A stretch of DNA of 63,939 bases, filler included, from Chiloscyllium plagiosum (taxonomy: Eukaryota): NCBI RefSeq assembly GCF_004010195.1. It is 4 parts of one record of this genome, joined end to end, with 100 filler letters (N's around TTAATTAATTAA, not from the genome) between each part and the next. Parts side by side here need not be neighbours in the genome. Positions count along the whole stretch, not along the records: positions 60,927 to 63,939 come from NC_057710.1; 3 more parts are not named here. One strand, given 5' to 3'. Under the pieces are notes generated by a model. It was not told where the DNA came from. It ran no database searches and saw nothing but the letters and a program-made list of their open reading frames with translations. Below, piece after piece: positions 62,709 through 63,939 of the stretch (its first letter is position 1; every line of letters begins with the position of its first letter). The position numbers and the translations under genes were made by a program.

Positions 62709-63374
62709 GGTGAGAGCACAATGAGATGTAGGGGTAGACAGAGAGCTGGAAGGCATGTAAACTGTCCTCAGTGCTGTCACCCCGAGCAGGTGCCAGGGCG
62801 GGCTGTCCTAGAAGTGGCCAAAAAGTGTGAAAGTGGGTAGGCCATCCTGACCGCTGTCCCCCTTTTGTGGGTGGGGGGGGGGGGGTGTTGTGGAAGCAGG
62901 ACGGGCCGTCCTAGAGGTGGCCAGAAGGTGTCAGGGTGGACAGAGAGCTGGAAGGGACGTAGGGGTAGGTTGCGTTAGTGGCCGGAAGGTGGGAGGGACA
63001 GGTGGGTTGCTGGGTGTCTGTATTGTATGCACTGTTTTTATGTAATTGGACTGTCTTGTGTGTACAAATGTCATTGTTACTGTGTTTTAATTGACACCGA
63101 GATTTGAGGTTTGCCCTCATTTGCCCGAAGTGGAGTTTGGGGCCTGGCTTTGCTCCTCTCCCTTGTAAAATTGCTGTTTCTGCATACAGCTGTTAATGTT
63201 AATTGTTTTGTAAACTGTGTATTGTTTAATAAATAGAAAAAAACAAACAGGAGTGTCAGAGGGTCTGTTCATTTTGGGAGCTGGCTCTGAGGGGAGCTTA
63301 CTTGTGACAGCTCTGAACTGGCTGCCCACACAGCCCACTATATAGCTAGTTTGTTAAACGATATTTCTTTTTAA

Positions 63375-63885
63375 GACAATAAGACATAGGAGTGGAAGTA
63401 AGGCCATTCGGCCCATGAGTCCACTCCGCCATTCAATCATGGCTGATGGGCATTTCAACTCCACTTACCCGCATTCCCCCCGTAGCCCTTAATTCCCTGT
63501 GACATCAAGAATTTATCAATCTCTGCCTTGAAGACATTTAGCGTCCCGGCTTCCACTGCACTCTGCGGCAATGAATTCCACAGGCCCACCACTCTCTGGC
63601 TGAAGAAATGTCTCCGCATTTCTGTTCTGAATTTACCCCCTCTAATTCTAAGGCTGTGTCCATGGGTCCTAGTCTCCTCGCCTAACGGAAAAAATTTCCT
63701 AGCGTCCACCCTTTCCAAGCCATGTATTATCTTGTAAGTTTCTATTAGATCTCCCCTTAACCTTCTAAACTCCAATGAGTACAATCCCAGGATCCTCAGC
63801 CGTTCCTCATATGTTAGACCTACCATTCCAGGGATCATCCATGTGAATCTCCGCTGGACACGCTCCAGTGCCAGTATGTCCTTCA
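63375..63885 (-). mobile_element. Young CR1 3' end; another CR1 tail starts at 63885
   Basis: ORF 63455-63886 ILALERVQRRFTWMIPG..FFSQRVVGLWNSLP. Confidence 0.95.
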
Positions 63886-63939
63886 TAGAAACATAGAAAC
63901 ATAGAACAATACAGCACAGAACAGGCCCTTCGGCCCACG

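Overview
Repeat-dominated vertebrate genomic DNA with no recognisable host protein-coding exon. The repeat set (HE1-type V-SINEs, many CR1/HER1-type LINEs, DeuSINE relics, Tx1 and Penelope-like elements) points to an elasmobranch, probably a shark; this is inferred, not shown. The main element is a GC/CpG-rich endogenous retrovirus on the minus strand (30763-37645). It has a 732-bp 5' LTR, a tRNA-Pro primer-binding site, disrupted gag (MHR-like motif and CCHC knuckle), disrupted pro-pol (YVDD RT, tether, RNase H, HHCC/DDE integrase) and the start of a signal-peptide-bearing env, cut off by an assembly gap. Before env there are two branch-point/acceptor sites with a donor between them, which suggests complex-retrovirus splicing. 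About a dozen Penelope-like terminal repeats carry minimal type I hammerhead ribozyme motifs, some with intact cores. Several occur as tiny or palindromic insertions with target-site duplications. Also present: a near full-length CR1 (ORF1 zinc finger/zipper/SGNH esterase plus ORF2), a solo LTR of a second family, a minisatellite grown from a SINE A-box, and an inverted templated duplication. Three gaps contain an artificial TTAATTAATTAA linker. All alignments were done by eye, so boundaries of old repeats are approximate.
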